From positions 1 through 53,428 of the IMG/VR virus record IMGVR_UViG_3300013285_000002: 53,428 bases of DNA; one strand, given 5' to 3'. The notes below the pieces were generated by a model. It saw only the letters and a program-made list of their open reading frames with translations, searched no databases and had not been told where the DNA came from. The stretch comes from a virus. Lineage: Duplodnaviria; Caudoviricetes. Numbering within the stretch: position 1 is the first letter of the stretch; every line of letters begins with the position of its first letter. Made by a program: the position numbers and the translations under genes. Of this stretch, positions 1 through 8,746 are shown piece after piece.

Positions 1-123
1 ACGTTGTCAGTCGGCAAGCCTTGCAGGACTTTCGATTGATGACGCGATGTAGTCCGGGAATCCCTGTCTTCATTGAAAAGCCAGACACCTTTGACGAAAG
101 CGGCAACCGGAAAATGCTTTCCG
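1..123. repeat. Terminal direct repeat, left copy (identical to 53306-53428); circular-assembly overlap
   Basis: Exact 123-nt match read at both ends; an ORF continues across the join. Confidence 0.95.
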
Positions 124-236
124 CAGGAATAAACGATGTATGCACTGTCAATCTGTTCAGAAAATAGTGACTTGTTGCAGTTGAAAGGGGTACGGCTTGA
201 TACGCAACTAGGCACTTGCTTGAGTGAGATTTTCAT
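1..236 (-). CDS. Hypothetical early phage protein (96 aa) spanning the circular join: 236..1 then 53305..53251
   Basis: Manual translation MKISLKQVPSC...IVYSCGKHFPVAAFVKGVWLFNEDRDSRTTSRHQSKV...AALTH*; ATG at 236 overlaps the upstream stop; TAA at 53253-53251; absent from the ORF track. Confidence 0.8.
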   Translation of the reverse strand, partial: MKISLKQVPSCVSSRTPFNCNKSLFSEQIDSAYIVYSCGKHFPVAAFVKGVWLFNEDRDSRTTSRHQSKVLQGLPTDN

Positions 237-457
237 GATTTGCTTTCGGGTTTGATTGACAAAAAGGCATTGACTAAAATTCGGCAAGCTTCGCGCTGAC
301 CTAGGGATAAATCGAGGACTTGAATTCGTCCGGTGTATATACGGGTTATGTGAGAAACCATTTCCATGCTTTCAGCCGTTGCATTCTTCAATCTGAATGG
401 GGCAATTTCGAGCTTGAATTGCTCAATTGCCTTCGGCATTAGGTCGGTGCTTTGCAT
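233..457 (-). CDS. Hypothetical protein, first gene of the leftward early operon
   Basis: Part of ORF 233..529; probable start MQSTDLMPK; stop overlaps the next ATG (ATGA). Confidence 0.55.
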   Translation of the reverse strand: MQSTDLMPKAIEQFKLEIAPFRLKNATAESMEMVSHITRIYTGRIQVLDLSLGQREACRILVNAFLSIKPESKS

Positions 458-783
458 AAGTGCTTTCGTGAGTTGCGATATTGGGCAGGGTAAGAACGCC
501 CAGCGAATGACACGGCTACAAGGAGGCATGTCATTCAGTTGGTGCTCTGGTAAGCCCCGTCTTATCCACTTGTCAGGTGTTACGGGTATCAGGCAGCTTG
601 TTTTTCAGCCTGATCGCTATTTGCTGGGTCGTCGGTCACTCACGATTCGCACCGTGAAGCCACATCTCTAATGTTGACGCTGTAGTTCCCATCCGGGCAG
701 CGTCTCAAGCCTTGGAGCCACTATCTGTTGTATGCCGCCGATAGAGCGACTTCATTCAGCGTTTCCGCCGTTTGATGGGATGA

Positions 784-813
784 AATGTACATCGAGCCTT
801 GTCACTGTGTCAA
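784..813 (-). promoter_or_regulatory. Sigma70-type early promoter TTGACA-N18-TACATT, with operator-like ACAT-N6-TTGT (789-802) in the spacer
   Basis: Consensus -35 at 813-808 and -10 at 789-784, pointing into the leftward early block. Confidence 0.65.
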
Positions 814-889
814 GTTGCCCTGTTAATCTTGGCACTCCCTAAAGGGGCTTGTAACAGTTTGGGTGAAATCTGTTGGCCTCTCGCCGGAC

Positions 890-1089
890 ACCCCTGACCC
901 CATACATGCCAGACATCGCTAGAGAGGAAGCAGGCACATCGCAAGCATGAGTCCAAAGGACAACGTAGGGCGACATAACCCATGCGTGAAGGCTTCGTGT
1001 GAGCGCCTAGGAAGCAACGTAGAAGCGAGCATTCATGCGGGTTACAGCCAGAAAACCTCCGCCGAAAACCCCTGACCCCATACATGCCA
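890..1089 (+). repeat. 22-bp direct repeat ACCCCTGACCCCATACATGCCA (890-911 and 1068-1089)
   Basis: Exact match, in the non-coding region between the early and late operons. Confidence 0.85.
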
Positions 1090-1604
1090 AGCTCTGCTTC
1101 GCTTGCTCATGACGTAGGGAGTGAGACAAAGCATGAAAGCCACTTAATTTGCAGTGGAAAGAAAACCTAGGCCATTGAATTGAAAGAGAAAACGACCCTA
1201 TGAAATTGGAGATGGCACAGCATCCCATGCGCTAGGCTCAGGAAAACACAGTTTTTCATGCCGCAAACAGGCAAATGACGCACAGATCATGCTGCCCATA
1301 CAGCCTTCGGCCCACGCCATATCGACCAATGCCATGCCATATCAGCACAAACTAGGGCACAAACAACGCTGCAAGCCCCTATCTACGCCATTCCTCACCA
1401 GTTTTATGCTCTTACGTGGTGCAATGCGCCCTGCCATGACGCGCCTAGGCGGGCGGGGGTGGGCTGCCCACACGCCCAAAGGAGGGTGTCCTCGCATCTA
1501 CCTATGGGGGATTCACACACACAAATCGTGTCTCCCACCAAACATAGGGGGTACGTCTTATTCAGAACCAATTTAAATTTTTCACACGAAATACTGAATT
1601 AGCC

Positions 1605-1618
1605 ACAAAGATCCTTGT
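1605..1618. promoter_or_regulatory. Putative repressor operator ACAAagatccTTGT upstream of the late operon
   Basis: Perfect ACAA-N6-TTGT, the same form as sites at 36979 and 37962 flanking cI. Confidence 0.5.
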
Positions 1619-1960
1619 TATTAGACGGATCAGTCATGTAGAGTGCATACCAAGATAGAGCATCTGTCCCTAATTGATGATTCTCCAGCGGATAGTGAGA
1701 CGGATAACTACCGCAGTCATGGGCCTTCTTAGTCTTTCTGGGGCTGACATGGCCGAATAGCCCACGACACGGGCTGCCTTATCAAGAGGAATGGGCACTA
1801 ACAGCTATCGGCTCGCCGTTGGAAGAACACGGACAAGTAGGCCCGACTGTAAAACAGTGCTCATCTCTGTTGGTTAAGCACTTTGTGCAGGGCTGGGGGT
1901 TCCCGGCTGCCAACTCCTTCTACTGAAAAACAAAATTCGGCTTCGCCGATCTCTCAAATC

Positions 1961-2263
1961 ATGGCACTCAAAAAACTCCCACCCAAAGAAACTGTCAGCG
2001 CTAGGCGTGAGCAGCTTCGTGAGGAACATGCTGATGCCGTGCGAGAGAAGATTCAAACTACCAGCCTTGTGAATGTTCTTCAGGGTTACGCCCTCGGAAC
2101 TTCCAAGGTGAAGATGACTGGTACTCGTCTGAAGGCGATTGAGCTACTCCTTGACAAGACTATTCCAAATCTTGCATCCGTCAAACATGAAGTTGAACAC
2201 AGCAAAGTCGCTTTCTTCATAAACACAGATTACTCAGCACCAGACAAAAATCTGGAAGAGTAA
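1961..2263 (+). CDS. Putative terminase small subunit
   Basis: First late gene, ~100 aa and helical, upstream of TerL; start taken at MALKKLPP. Confidence 0.55.
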   Translation: MALKKLPPKETVSARREQLREEHADAVREKIQTTSLVNVLQGYALGTSKVKMTGTRLKAIELLLDKTIPNLASVKHEVEHSKVAFFINTDYSAPDKNLEE

Positions 2264-2327
2264 AACGCAAAGCCCCGGCGCTATCAACACCGAGGCTTCA
2301 CTTCCCAAGCGATGAAGGAGCCATCAC

Positions 2328-2828
2328 ATGAGCACAGATATTTTAACTGCTGAACTAATTCGTGAGCTACTTAGCTACGAGGTTGAGACTGGAATCTTTA
2401 AGTGGAAGAAAAGTATTGGAGCTAGGAGCAAAGTTGGAAAAGTAGCCGGATGCCTCAACAAAGGTACAGGCTATTACTACATAAAGATTTTTGGAAAGTC
2501 CCACTTTGCTCATAGGCTTGCATGGCTTCATGTTTATGGACACTGGCCCGACCTAGTGATTGACCACATAAATGGGATCATTGGTGACAACAGGATTTGC
2601 AACCTTCGTGACGTAGACCGAAAAGCAAACTCTCAAAATCAACTCAAAGCCCATAAGAACAACCTCTCAACTGGATTGATTGGTGCTGCTAAGAATGGAA
2701 ATAAATTCCGAGCAGCTATTCGCTTCAATGGAGTGATGAAGCATATTGGTAATTTCAACACACCACAGGAAGCTCATCTAGCGTACATTGCTGCAAAAAG
2801 GGTAATGCACGTTGGATGTACGTTGTAA
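2328..2828 (+). CDS. HNH homing endonuclease (HNH_3 with AP2-like C-terminus)
   Basis: AHRLAW...IDHING...DNRICNLR motif; C-terminal FRAAIRFNG...HIGNFNTPQEAHLAY; RBS aaggag. Confidence 0.9.
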   Translation: MSTDILTAELIRELLSYEVETGIFKWKKSIGARSKVGKVAGCLNKGTGYYYIKIFGKSHFAHRLAWLHVYGHWPDLVIDHINGIIGDNRICNLRDVDRKANSQNQLKAHKNNLSTGLIGAAKNGNKFRAAIRFNGVMKHIGNFNTPQEAHLAYIAAKRVMHVGCTL

Positions 2829-4279
2829 TGGCAGAAACAAATACAAAAGCAGTTAGGTACTCACCCCCGGGAAGTGTTGCTGCAAAGTTCCATAAGTCAG
2901 AAGCATTTGTTCGTGGACTCAAGGGGCCAGTAGGCTCTGGAAAGTCTTCGAGTTGCTGCGTTGAAATAATCCAGCACTCACTTAAACAAGTGCCGTTCAA
3001 CGGGATGCGCCGAGCACGTTGGGCTGTCATCCGGAACACATACCCAGAACTCAAGTCCACGACTATTAAGACGTGGGAGAACTGGATGAGCACTGATCTA
3101 GCCCCGATTCGTTGGGATGCCCCGATCACTGCGACCCTGAAGATCAAAGACTGCGGAGATGGCAACGGCCTTGAGCTTGAAGTCATCTTCATTGCGTTGG
3201 ACAAAGCCTCTGAAACCGGCAAGCTGCGCTCCTTGGAGTTAACAGGTGGCTGGATCAACGAGTGCTCTGAAGTTCCCAAGGAAGTTTTCGACATGCTTAC
3301 CCAACGGGTAGGCCGTTACCCGCCGAAGACTCAAGGTGGTGCAACTCACCCTTGTGTGATTCTGGATACCAACCCACCAGACGACGATCACTGGTACTAC
3401 AAGTACGCAGAAGAGGAATGTCCCGATGGCTGGGAATTTTTCGATCAGCCCGGTGGACTGATTAGGAAGCAAGAAGATGATGAGGTTTGGTATGAACCAA
3501 ATCCCCTCGCTGAAAACGTCTTCAATCTGTCCCAAGGGTATGACTACTACCTGAACATGATCGGCGGTAAGAACGATGACTGGATCAAAGTTTTTGTCTT
3601 GGGTCAGTACGGCACAACGGCTGATGGGAAACCTGTCTACCCTGAGTACAACGACAAAATTCACGTTGCCAAAGAAGACATCGAGCCAAACCCTTTACTT
3701 CCCGTATTTCTGGGCTGGGACTTTGGATTGACGCCTGCTTGCATCGTTGGACAGATGACCCCTCAAGGTCAGCTTGTGATTCTTGATGAGTTCGTTGCTG
3801 AAGACATGGGCATTCGTCAGTTCGCCGCAGAGATTGTTAAACCAATCCTGATGAACAAGTATGCTGGCTGCCGCTTTCAATCTGTTGGCGACCCTGCCGG
3901 TGTAGCTCGATCATCAACCGACATGAGAACCTGTTATCAGGAACTCCTCGAAGCTGGAATTGCATCTGAACCAGCTTCAACAAACGATTTCATTCCTCGG
4001 CGCGAATCTGTTGCGTTCTTCCTTACGAGGATGGCGAACGGAGGGCCGGGGTTTCTGCTTTCTCCCAACTGCCGAACACTCCGCAAAGGATTGATTGGTG
4101 GCTATCGGTACGAACGTCTGAAAGTTTCAGGTGAGCGCTACCGTGACCGTCCGGTCAAAGATAAATTTAGTCACCCACATGACGCCTTGCAGTACCTCTG
4201 CATGGAAGCTCGTGGTGGACAGGTGAAGTCTGTACGGGCGCGGTCAATTGGGAAAGCTCCTTCAAAAGCATGGACTTAG
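2828..4279 (+). CDS. terL: Terminase large subunit
   Basis: Walker A GPVGSGKS, WINE Walker B-like motif, DTNPP coupling motif, GWDFG nuclease motif, C-terminal HPHDALQY; ATG overlaps the HNH stop (TAATG). Confidence 0.95.
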   Translation: MAETNTKAVRYSPPGSVAAKFHKSEAFVRGLKGPVGSGKSSSCCVEIIQHSLKQVPFNGMRRARWAVIRNTYPELKSTTIKTWENWMSTDLAPIRWDAPITATLKIKDCGDGNGLELEVIFIALDKASETGKLRSLELTGGWINECSEVPKEVFDMLTQRVGRYPPKTQGGATHPCVILDTNPPDDDHWYYKYAEEECPDGWEFFDQPGGLIRKQEDDEVWYEPNPLAENVFNLSQGYDYYLNMIGGKNDDWIKVFVLGQYGTTADGKPVYPEYNDKIHVAKEDIEPNPLLPVFLGWDFGLTPACIVGQMTPQGQLVILDEFVAEDMGIRQFAAEIVKPILMNKYAGCRFQSVGDPAGVARSSTDMRTCYQELLEAGIASEPASTNDFIPRRESVAFFLTRMANGGPGFLLSPNCRTLRKGLIGGYRYERLKVSGERYRDRPVKDKFSHPHDALQYLCMEARGGQVKSVRARSIGKAPSKAWT

Positions 4280-4283
4280 TTAT

Positions 4284-6302
4284 ATGACCGATGTGTATCA
4301 GGCAATTCCTCCCGTCGAAGCAGACGTGAGTTCGCCCCAGATTCCGGGCATGGATAACTCCGACATGATTGCGTCCGGCATTGCTGGGCATATCAACGAT
4401 TGCTGGAGTAAGGCGAAGTTTGCCAAGCAACGCATCACAGAGCGTCTGTTGTCTTGCGAGCGTCAACGCCGTGGTCAGTACGATCCTGATAAAGCATCAG
4501 ACATCGCACAGACTGGCGGCTCTGACATCTTCATGATGATTACGGATGTGAAGTGCAACTCAGCAAAGTCTTGGATTCAGGACGTGATGCTGCAAAATGC
4601 ACGCCCATTTGATCTTGATCCGTCAGAAGAACCGAATCTTCCTATCGAAGTAAAGCTCTCCATCATTGACTTCGTTCGCCATGAGGCAGAAGCGTATGTG
4701 ATGCAGGGCCAACAACTTCACCCAGAAGCATTCCGTCAACGGATGGAAGAGGTTCATGACCAGATTCTGTTGAAGCTTCGTGAAGAGGCCAAGTCAACTG
4801 CTGAGCGTATGGCTGGCGTCATTCAAGACCAACTCAATGAGGGTGGTTTTGAGCGTGCTATGCAGGACTTCATTGATGACTTCGTTACCTACCCAACTGC
4901 GATCATCAAAGGGCCAGCAGTTCGCAAGAAAAAGAAGTTAACGTGGGGGCCAAACTTTACCCCTGTCGTCTCCAACAGTTTTTTCCGTGAGGTTGAGCGT
5001 GTCAGTCCTTACGATCTGTTCCCAAGTCCTAATGCCTCTGGTGTTGACGATGGTTACATCATTCAGCGCCACAAGCTTACTGTCCGTACTTTGGACTCAA
5101 TGCGCGGCGTTCCCGGTTACTCTGATTCAGAGATTGACCAAGTAATCGACCGCTATGCTGGCAAAGGTTTCCGCTACTTTGAGTACGGCGACCAGCAGCA
5201 TGACAACCTTGAAGGCAAGTACCACTCGCGTCTGTATAACGACAACGTGATTGAGGCTCTTGAGTTCTGGGGGCCAGTGATGGGCGAGATGCTTATCCAG
5301 TGGGGCATGAAAGATGTCAATCCACGGGATGTCTATGAAGTGAATGCTTGGCAAGTTGCTGGCTTCACTATCAAGTGTGTCTTGAATCCTGATCCACTTG
5401 GTGAGCGCCCATATGAGATTTCATCTTGGCGTCCAATCCCCGGTGCATTCTGGGGCGGCGCTCTTCCTGAAGTCATGCGTGATGTCCAAGTCATGTGCAA
5501 TGCTTCGGCTCGCGCCCTAGCAAACAACATGGGCATTGGCTCTGGCCCACAGGTTGAAGTTGCCGTAGACAGATTGGCTGATGGTGAAGACCTCACTGAG
5601 ATGTACCCTTGGAAAATCTGGCAGACCACTTCAGACAAGACGGGCGGCAACCAACCGGGTGTTCGTTTCTTCATGCCTGAAATGAAAGCTGGGGAACTGA
5701 TGGGCATCTACGGTCAGTTCTCCAAACAAGCTGATGAAGTTACTGGAATTCCTAGCTACCTCTATGGCGGGTCAAGCGGTTCTGGTGCTGGTCGCACAGC
5801 TTCCGGCTTATCAATGCTGATGGACAACGCTGCAAAAGGCATCAAAGCTGCTGTTCTGCAAGTTGACCGTGCTGTTGAGATGGTGGTCAAACGGTTCTAT
5901 GTCCACAACATGATGTACAACCCAGACCCCTACATCAAGGGTGACTTCAAAGTCGTCGCAAAAGGTGCGATGGGCTTGATGGCTAAAGAGGCAATTCAGG
6001 TTCGCCGGAATGAATTCTTAGCATCGACAAACAATCCTGTTGATCTTCAGATCATTGGTGTTGAGGGTCGGGCTTACTTACTTCGTGAAATGGCTTCTGG
6101 CCTACAGATGGATACCGACAAACTGGTTCCAACTATCGAAGCAATGAAGTTCAAGCAAGAGCAAGTTCAACAAGCTATCAATGCACAGCAGGCGCAACAG
6201 GCTCAGCAACAAGCTCAGCTTCCAGCGCCAGCACCTGAAGGCGCTCCGCAAGGTGGCCCACCTCCAGTCAACACAGTTCAACCACAACAGGCAATCCAAT
6301 GA
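4284..6302 (+). CDS. Portal (head-tail connector) protein
   Basis: Follows TerL; ~670 aa; GAGRTASGLSML motif; Gln-rich C-terminal tail typical of podovirus portals. Confidence 0.88.
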   Translation: MTDVYQAIPPVEADVSSPQIPGMDNSDMIASGIAGHINDCWSKAKFAKQRITERLLSCERQRRGQYDPDKASDIAQTGGSDIFMMITDVKCNSAKSWIQDVMLQNARPFDLDPSEEPNLPIEVKLSIIDFVRHEAEAYVMQGQQLHPEAFRQRMEEVHDQILLKLREEAKSTAERMAGVIQDQLNEGGFERAMQDFIDDFVTYPTAIIKGPAVRKKKKLTWGPNFTPVVSNSFFREVERVSPYDLFPSPNASGVDDGYIIQRHKLTVRTLDSMRGVPGYSDSEIDQVIDRYAGKGFRYFEYGDQQHDNLEGKYHSRLYNDNVIEALEFWGPVMGEMLIQWGMKDVNPRDVYEVNAWQVAGFTIKCVLNPDPLGERPYEISSWRPIPGAFWGGALPEVMRDVQVMCNASARALANNMGIGSGPQVEVAVDRLADGEDLTEMYPWKIWQTTSDKTGGNQPGVRFFMPEMKAGELMGIYGQFSKQADEVTGIPSYLYGGSSGSGAGRTASGLSMLMDNAAKGIKAAVLQVDRAVEMVVKRFYVHNMMYNPDPYIKGDFKVVAKGAMGLMAKEAIQVRRNEFLASTNNPVDLQIIGVEGRAYLLREMASGLQMDTDKLVPTIEAMKFKQEQVQQAINAQQAQQAQQQAQLPAPAPEGAPQGGPPPVNTVQPQQAIQ

Positions 6303-6637
6303 GTTCAACATCAGTTCGAAAAATCGTGAAGCCAACTAAAGGGGTTATCCCTGCTGGTTTCGCTGACGGCGGTAAGTTCAAACCCTTCACCGCTAAAGAT
6401 ACCAAGGGTGAAGAGATGGCTGAAGCTAAAGCTGTTCGCTCTGGCAAGGTATCTCCAAAGGGTTACGCCAAAGCTGAGAAGGCAGAAGAGAAAAAAGAAG
6501 GCGAGAAGTTCTCCCCAAAGAAAACCCTCGCTACTGGTAAAGCTCTGGCTTCCGGCAAGCTGAGCGCCAAGGACTATGCAGCCCAAGACGCAAAGATGGC
6601 AAATGGTGGCAAGGTCGTTAAAAAGAAAGGCCGGTAA
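6299..6637 (+). CDS. Basic Lys/Ala-rich hypothetical head protein with two (F/M)A(D/N)GG motifs
   Basis: ATGA overlap with the portal stop; located in the head operon. Confidence 0.7.
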   Translation: MSSTSVRKIVKPTKGVIPAGFADGGKFKPFTAKDTKGEEMAEAKAVRSGKVSPKGYAKAEKAEEKKEGEKFSPKKTLATGKALASGKLSAKDYAAQDAKMANGGKVVKKKGR

Positions 6638-6639
6638 TC

Positions 6640-7440
6640 ATGTCTGATTGGCAAACTCAAAACTTCAAGAAGGTTGGTACTCCAGCAGGCCCAGCCCAAA
6701 TGAACAGCAAGCTCTGCGCTCCTGTTACTTCTGGTCTTCACAGCAAGATTGCAAAGCCAACAGGCAGCCAGTTTTCACCAGCCATTCAGAAGTTTGCTGA
6801 CGGTGGTGAAGTGGAGCAAGAGGCTGCTTACAAAGCGGCTGGCTTGGCTGCTTCAAAGGATGAGAGTAGTGGTTTGTGGGATCGTCTTAAAGCAGGGAAC
6901 ATTGATGCTCCCGGCTCTGATGCTTACAACCGCTGGGGTGCTGGTCGAGGTCGTGCTGATGAGGCTCAGTTGGGTCGTGAATCAAAACGCGGCATGACTG
7001 AAGATGCTCCGACTGTTACTCCTGCTGCTGAAGAAACAAGTGCTCCTGAAAAAGCTGCTCCTGTTGAAGAGGCAAAAGCACCAGTCACTGCCGAACCAAA
7101 GAAGACTGCACCAACTGCCAAGCGAGCAATCGTTCCGCGTGCTCGTGCAGCAGCTTCTGAAGATGTAGCAGCCCCGGCATCAATCGCTTCGAGTACACCA
7201 TCTGTTGTCCTCAAGCCTGTTGCCGCAACAACTGCATTTAATCCATCTGAGTTGAGCTTTGCCAATGGCACAGGCTTTGGTCAGAAGGTTGAGGAAGAGG
7301 CTCCAGCGCCACGTAGAGGCTTCAAATCAGGTAGCTCTACTGGCTCATCACCTGCTCCTGCAAAAGCTCCTGTAGCGAAATCTGATACGCCGCGTCGTGG
7401 CTATCAGTCCAGTCGTGACATGAGTAAGAATGCTCAATAA
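6640..7440 (+). CDS. Low-complexity Ala/Pro-rich hypothetical head protein (FADGG motif)
   Basis: 266-aa ORF tightly packed in the head operon. Confidence 0.7.
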   Translation: MSDWQTQNFKKVGTPAGPAQMNSKLCAPVTSGLHSKIAKPTGSQFSPAIQKFADGGEVEQEAAYKAAGLAASKDESSGLWDRLKAGNIDAPGSDAYNRWGAGRGRADEAQLGRESKRGMTEDAPTVTPAAEETSAPEKAAPVEEAKAPVTAEPKKTAPTAKRAIVPRARAAASEDVAAPASIASSTPSVVLKPVAATTAFNPSELSFANGTGFGQKVEEEAPAPRRGFKSGSSTGSSPAPAKAPVAKSDTPRRGYQSSRDMSKNAQ

Positions 7441-7663
7441 ACCGAGTCCCCAAGTCACTAGCGCACTCGCTGCGCTTGGTGGAAATCCTAATTTTGAAAC
7501 CATCCGTAGCTGGCTTCAAGAATCTCTTCAATCCCTGTACTCCGACTCTTGCCACACGAAAGATGAAACTCTTTCACGCTGGCAACAAGGGGCTGCACAG
7601 GCTGTCGATGAATTCTTAACGAAGTCAGAAGAAGCTGCGGGTGTTATTCGCAAATCGCGGTAG
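7430..7663 (+). CDS. Small hypothetical protein preceding the scaffold gene
   Basis: 77 aa, RWQQGAAQA motif; position typical of portal-scaffold linker genes in podoviruses. Confidence 0.7.
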   Translation: MLNKPSPQVTSALAALGGNPNFETIRSWLQESLQSLYSDSCHTKDETLSRWQQGAAQAVDEFLTKSEEAAGVIRKSR

Positions 7664-7802
7664 CTAGCTGGTTCACTCCATCTAGTTATTAGTGGCGTTC
7701 TGCCACAAGAAGGCGCTGGCCTTTCCAGCACCGATGAATACCGAACGAATCACTTGAACACCGCGAGGCTCAAATGTGACCGACTCGGCTCACGGAGAAA
7801 AA

Positions 7803-8714
7803 ATGTCAAATGTACCCCGCGCAGTTTTGCAAGCCGACGAACGTGCTACCAAACTGCAAGAAGAACTGATCGCACAGAAGCAACAGATTGCAACTGAGCC
7901 TACTGACCCTGCTGCACAGCCTAGCGAAAGCCCTGCTGAAGTAGTTGTGCCAGTGGAAATCCCTGTGGCCGACAACGGCTCTCAAGCTACACCACCCGGT
8001 GACGATTGGGAACACCGATTCAAGGTACTGCAAGGAAAGTACAACTCAGAAGTTCCACGCTTTGCAAATGAGAACAAGGAATTGAAGACACGTCTTGGAC
8101 AGATTGAGTCAGAAGTGACCCAACTCAAGACTAAGCCTCCTGAACCGCTGGTCAACCAGCAAGAGATTGATGAGTACGGTGAGGGTTTGATTGACGTTGC
8201 ACGTCGCATCGCTCGTGAAGAGTTGAATGCGAAGCAGGGTGAAATCGACGCTCTCAAAGTACAAGTCCAGAACTTGTCTGATACATCGACCAACACGGCA
8301 AAGAATGACTTCTTTAAGACTTTGAATGAACTCGCTCCCGGTTGGCAGGAAATCAACGAAGACCCGAACTTCCTTAAATGGTTAGATGGTGTTGATGAAC
8401 TGACAGGCGAGACGAAACAATCTCTGTTGAGCAAGGCTGAGCAATCTCGTGACGCTTCCCGTGTAGGCAAGTTCTTTGCTTCGTACACCAAAACATCTGC
8501 ACTGTGGGCAGCGAATGGCAACAAGTCACTCGAACAACAAGTAATTCCATCATCGAGCAAATCTCCTGATGTGCCACCCTCCAAAAGAGTGTGGACACGG
8601 GGTGAGATTTCTGAGTTCTATGACCGGATGCGCCGTGGTTCTGTGAGTGATGCTGATGCTATCGCTATCGAGGCTGACATTACAGCAGCCTCAATCGAGG
8701 GTCGTATTCGATGA
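7803..8714 (+). CDS. Capsid scaffolding protein
   Basis: Acidic coiled-coil protein directly upstream of the capsid gene; WEHRFKVLQGKYN motif; C-terminal EGRIR; RBS ggag. Confidence 0.8.
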   Translation: MSNVPRAVLQADERATKLQEELIAQKQQIATEPTDPAAQPSESPAEVVVPVEIPVADNGSQATPPGDDWEHRFKVLQGKYNSEVPRFANENKELKTRLGQIESEVTQLKTKPPEPLVNQQEIDEYGEGLIDVARRIAREELNAKQGEIDALKVQVQNLSDTSTNTAKNDFFKTLNELAPGWQEINEDPNFLKWLDGVDELTGETKQSLLSKAEQSRDASRVGKFFASYTKTSALWAANGNKSLEQQVIPSSSKSPDVPPSKRVWTRGEISEFYDRMRRGSVSDADAIAIEADITAASIEGRIR

Positions 8715-8746
8715 CCCGAACTTTTAAATTTATCTAAGGATTCCAA

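Noticed and set aside
1-123. Terminal repeat as a biological T7-like direct terminal repeat
   Set aside because: It falls in the middle of an ORF, which fits an assembler overlap on a circular contig better than a packaging end.
890-1089. CRISPR array
   Set aside because: Only two repeat copies 178 bp apart, and no cas genes.
366-1576. ORFs 366..671, 810..1085, 1007..1228 and 1289..1576
   Set aside because: No recognisable motifs or clear RBS, atypical composition, and they overlap promoter and repeat elements.
1840-1920. tRNA-like fragments (GACTGTAAA, GGTTCCCGGCTGCCA)
   Set aside because: No consistent cloverleaf or acceptor stem could be built.
2264-2828. Group I intron or intein around the HNH gene
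   Set aside because: terS ends with a stop, terL has its own start and intact motifs, and the flanks are too short for an intron core.
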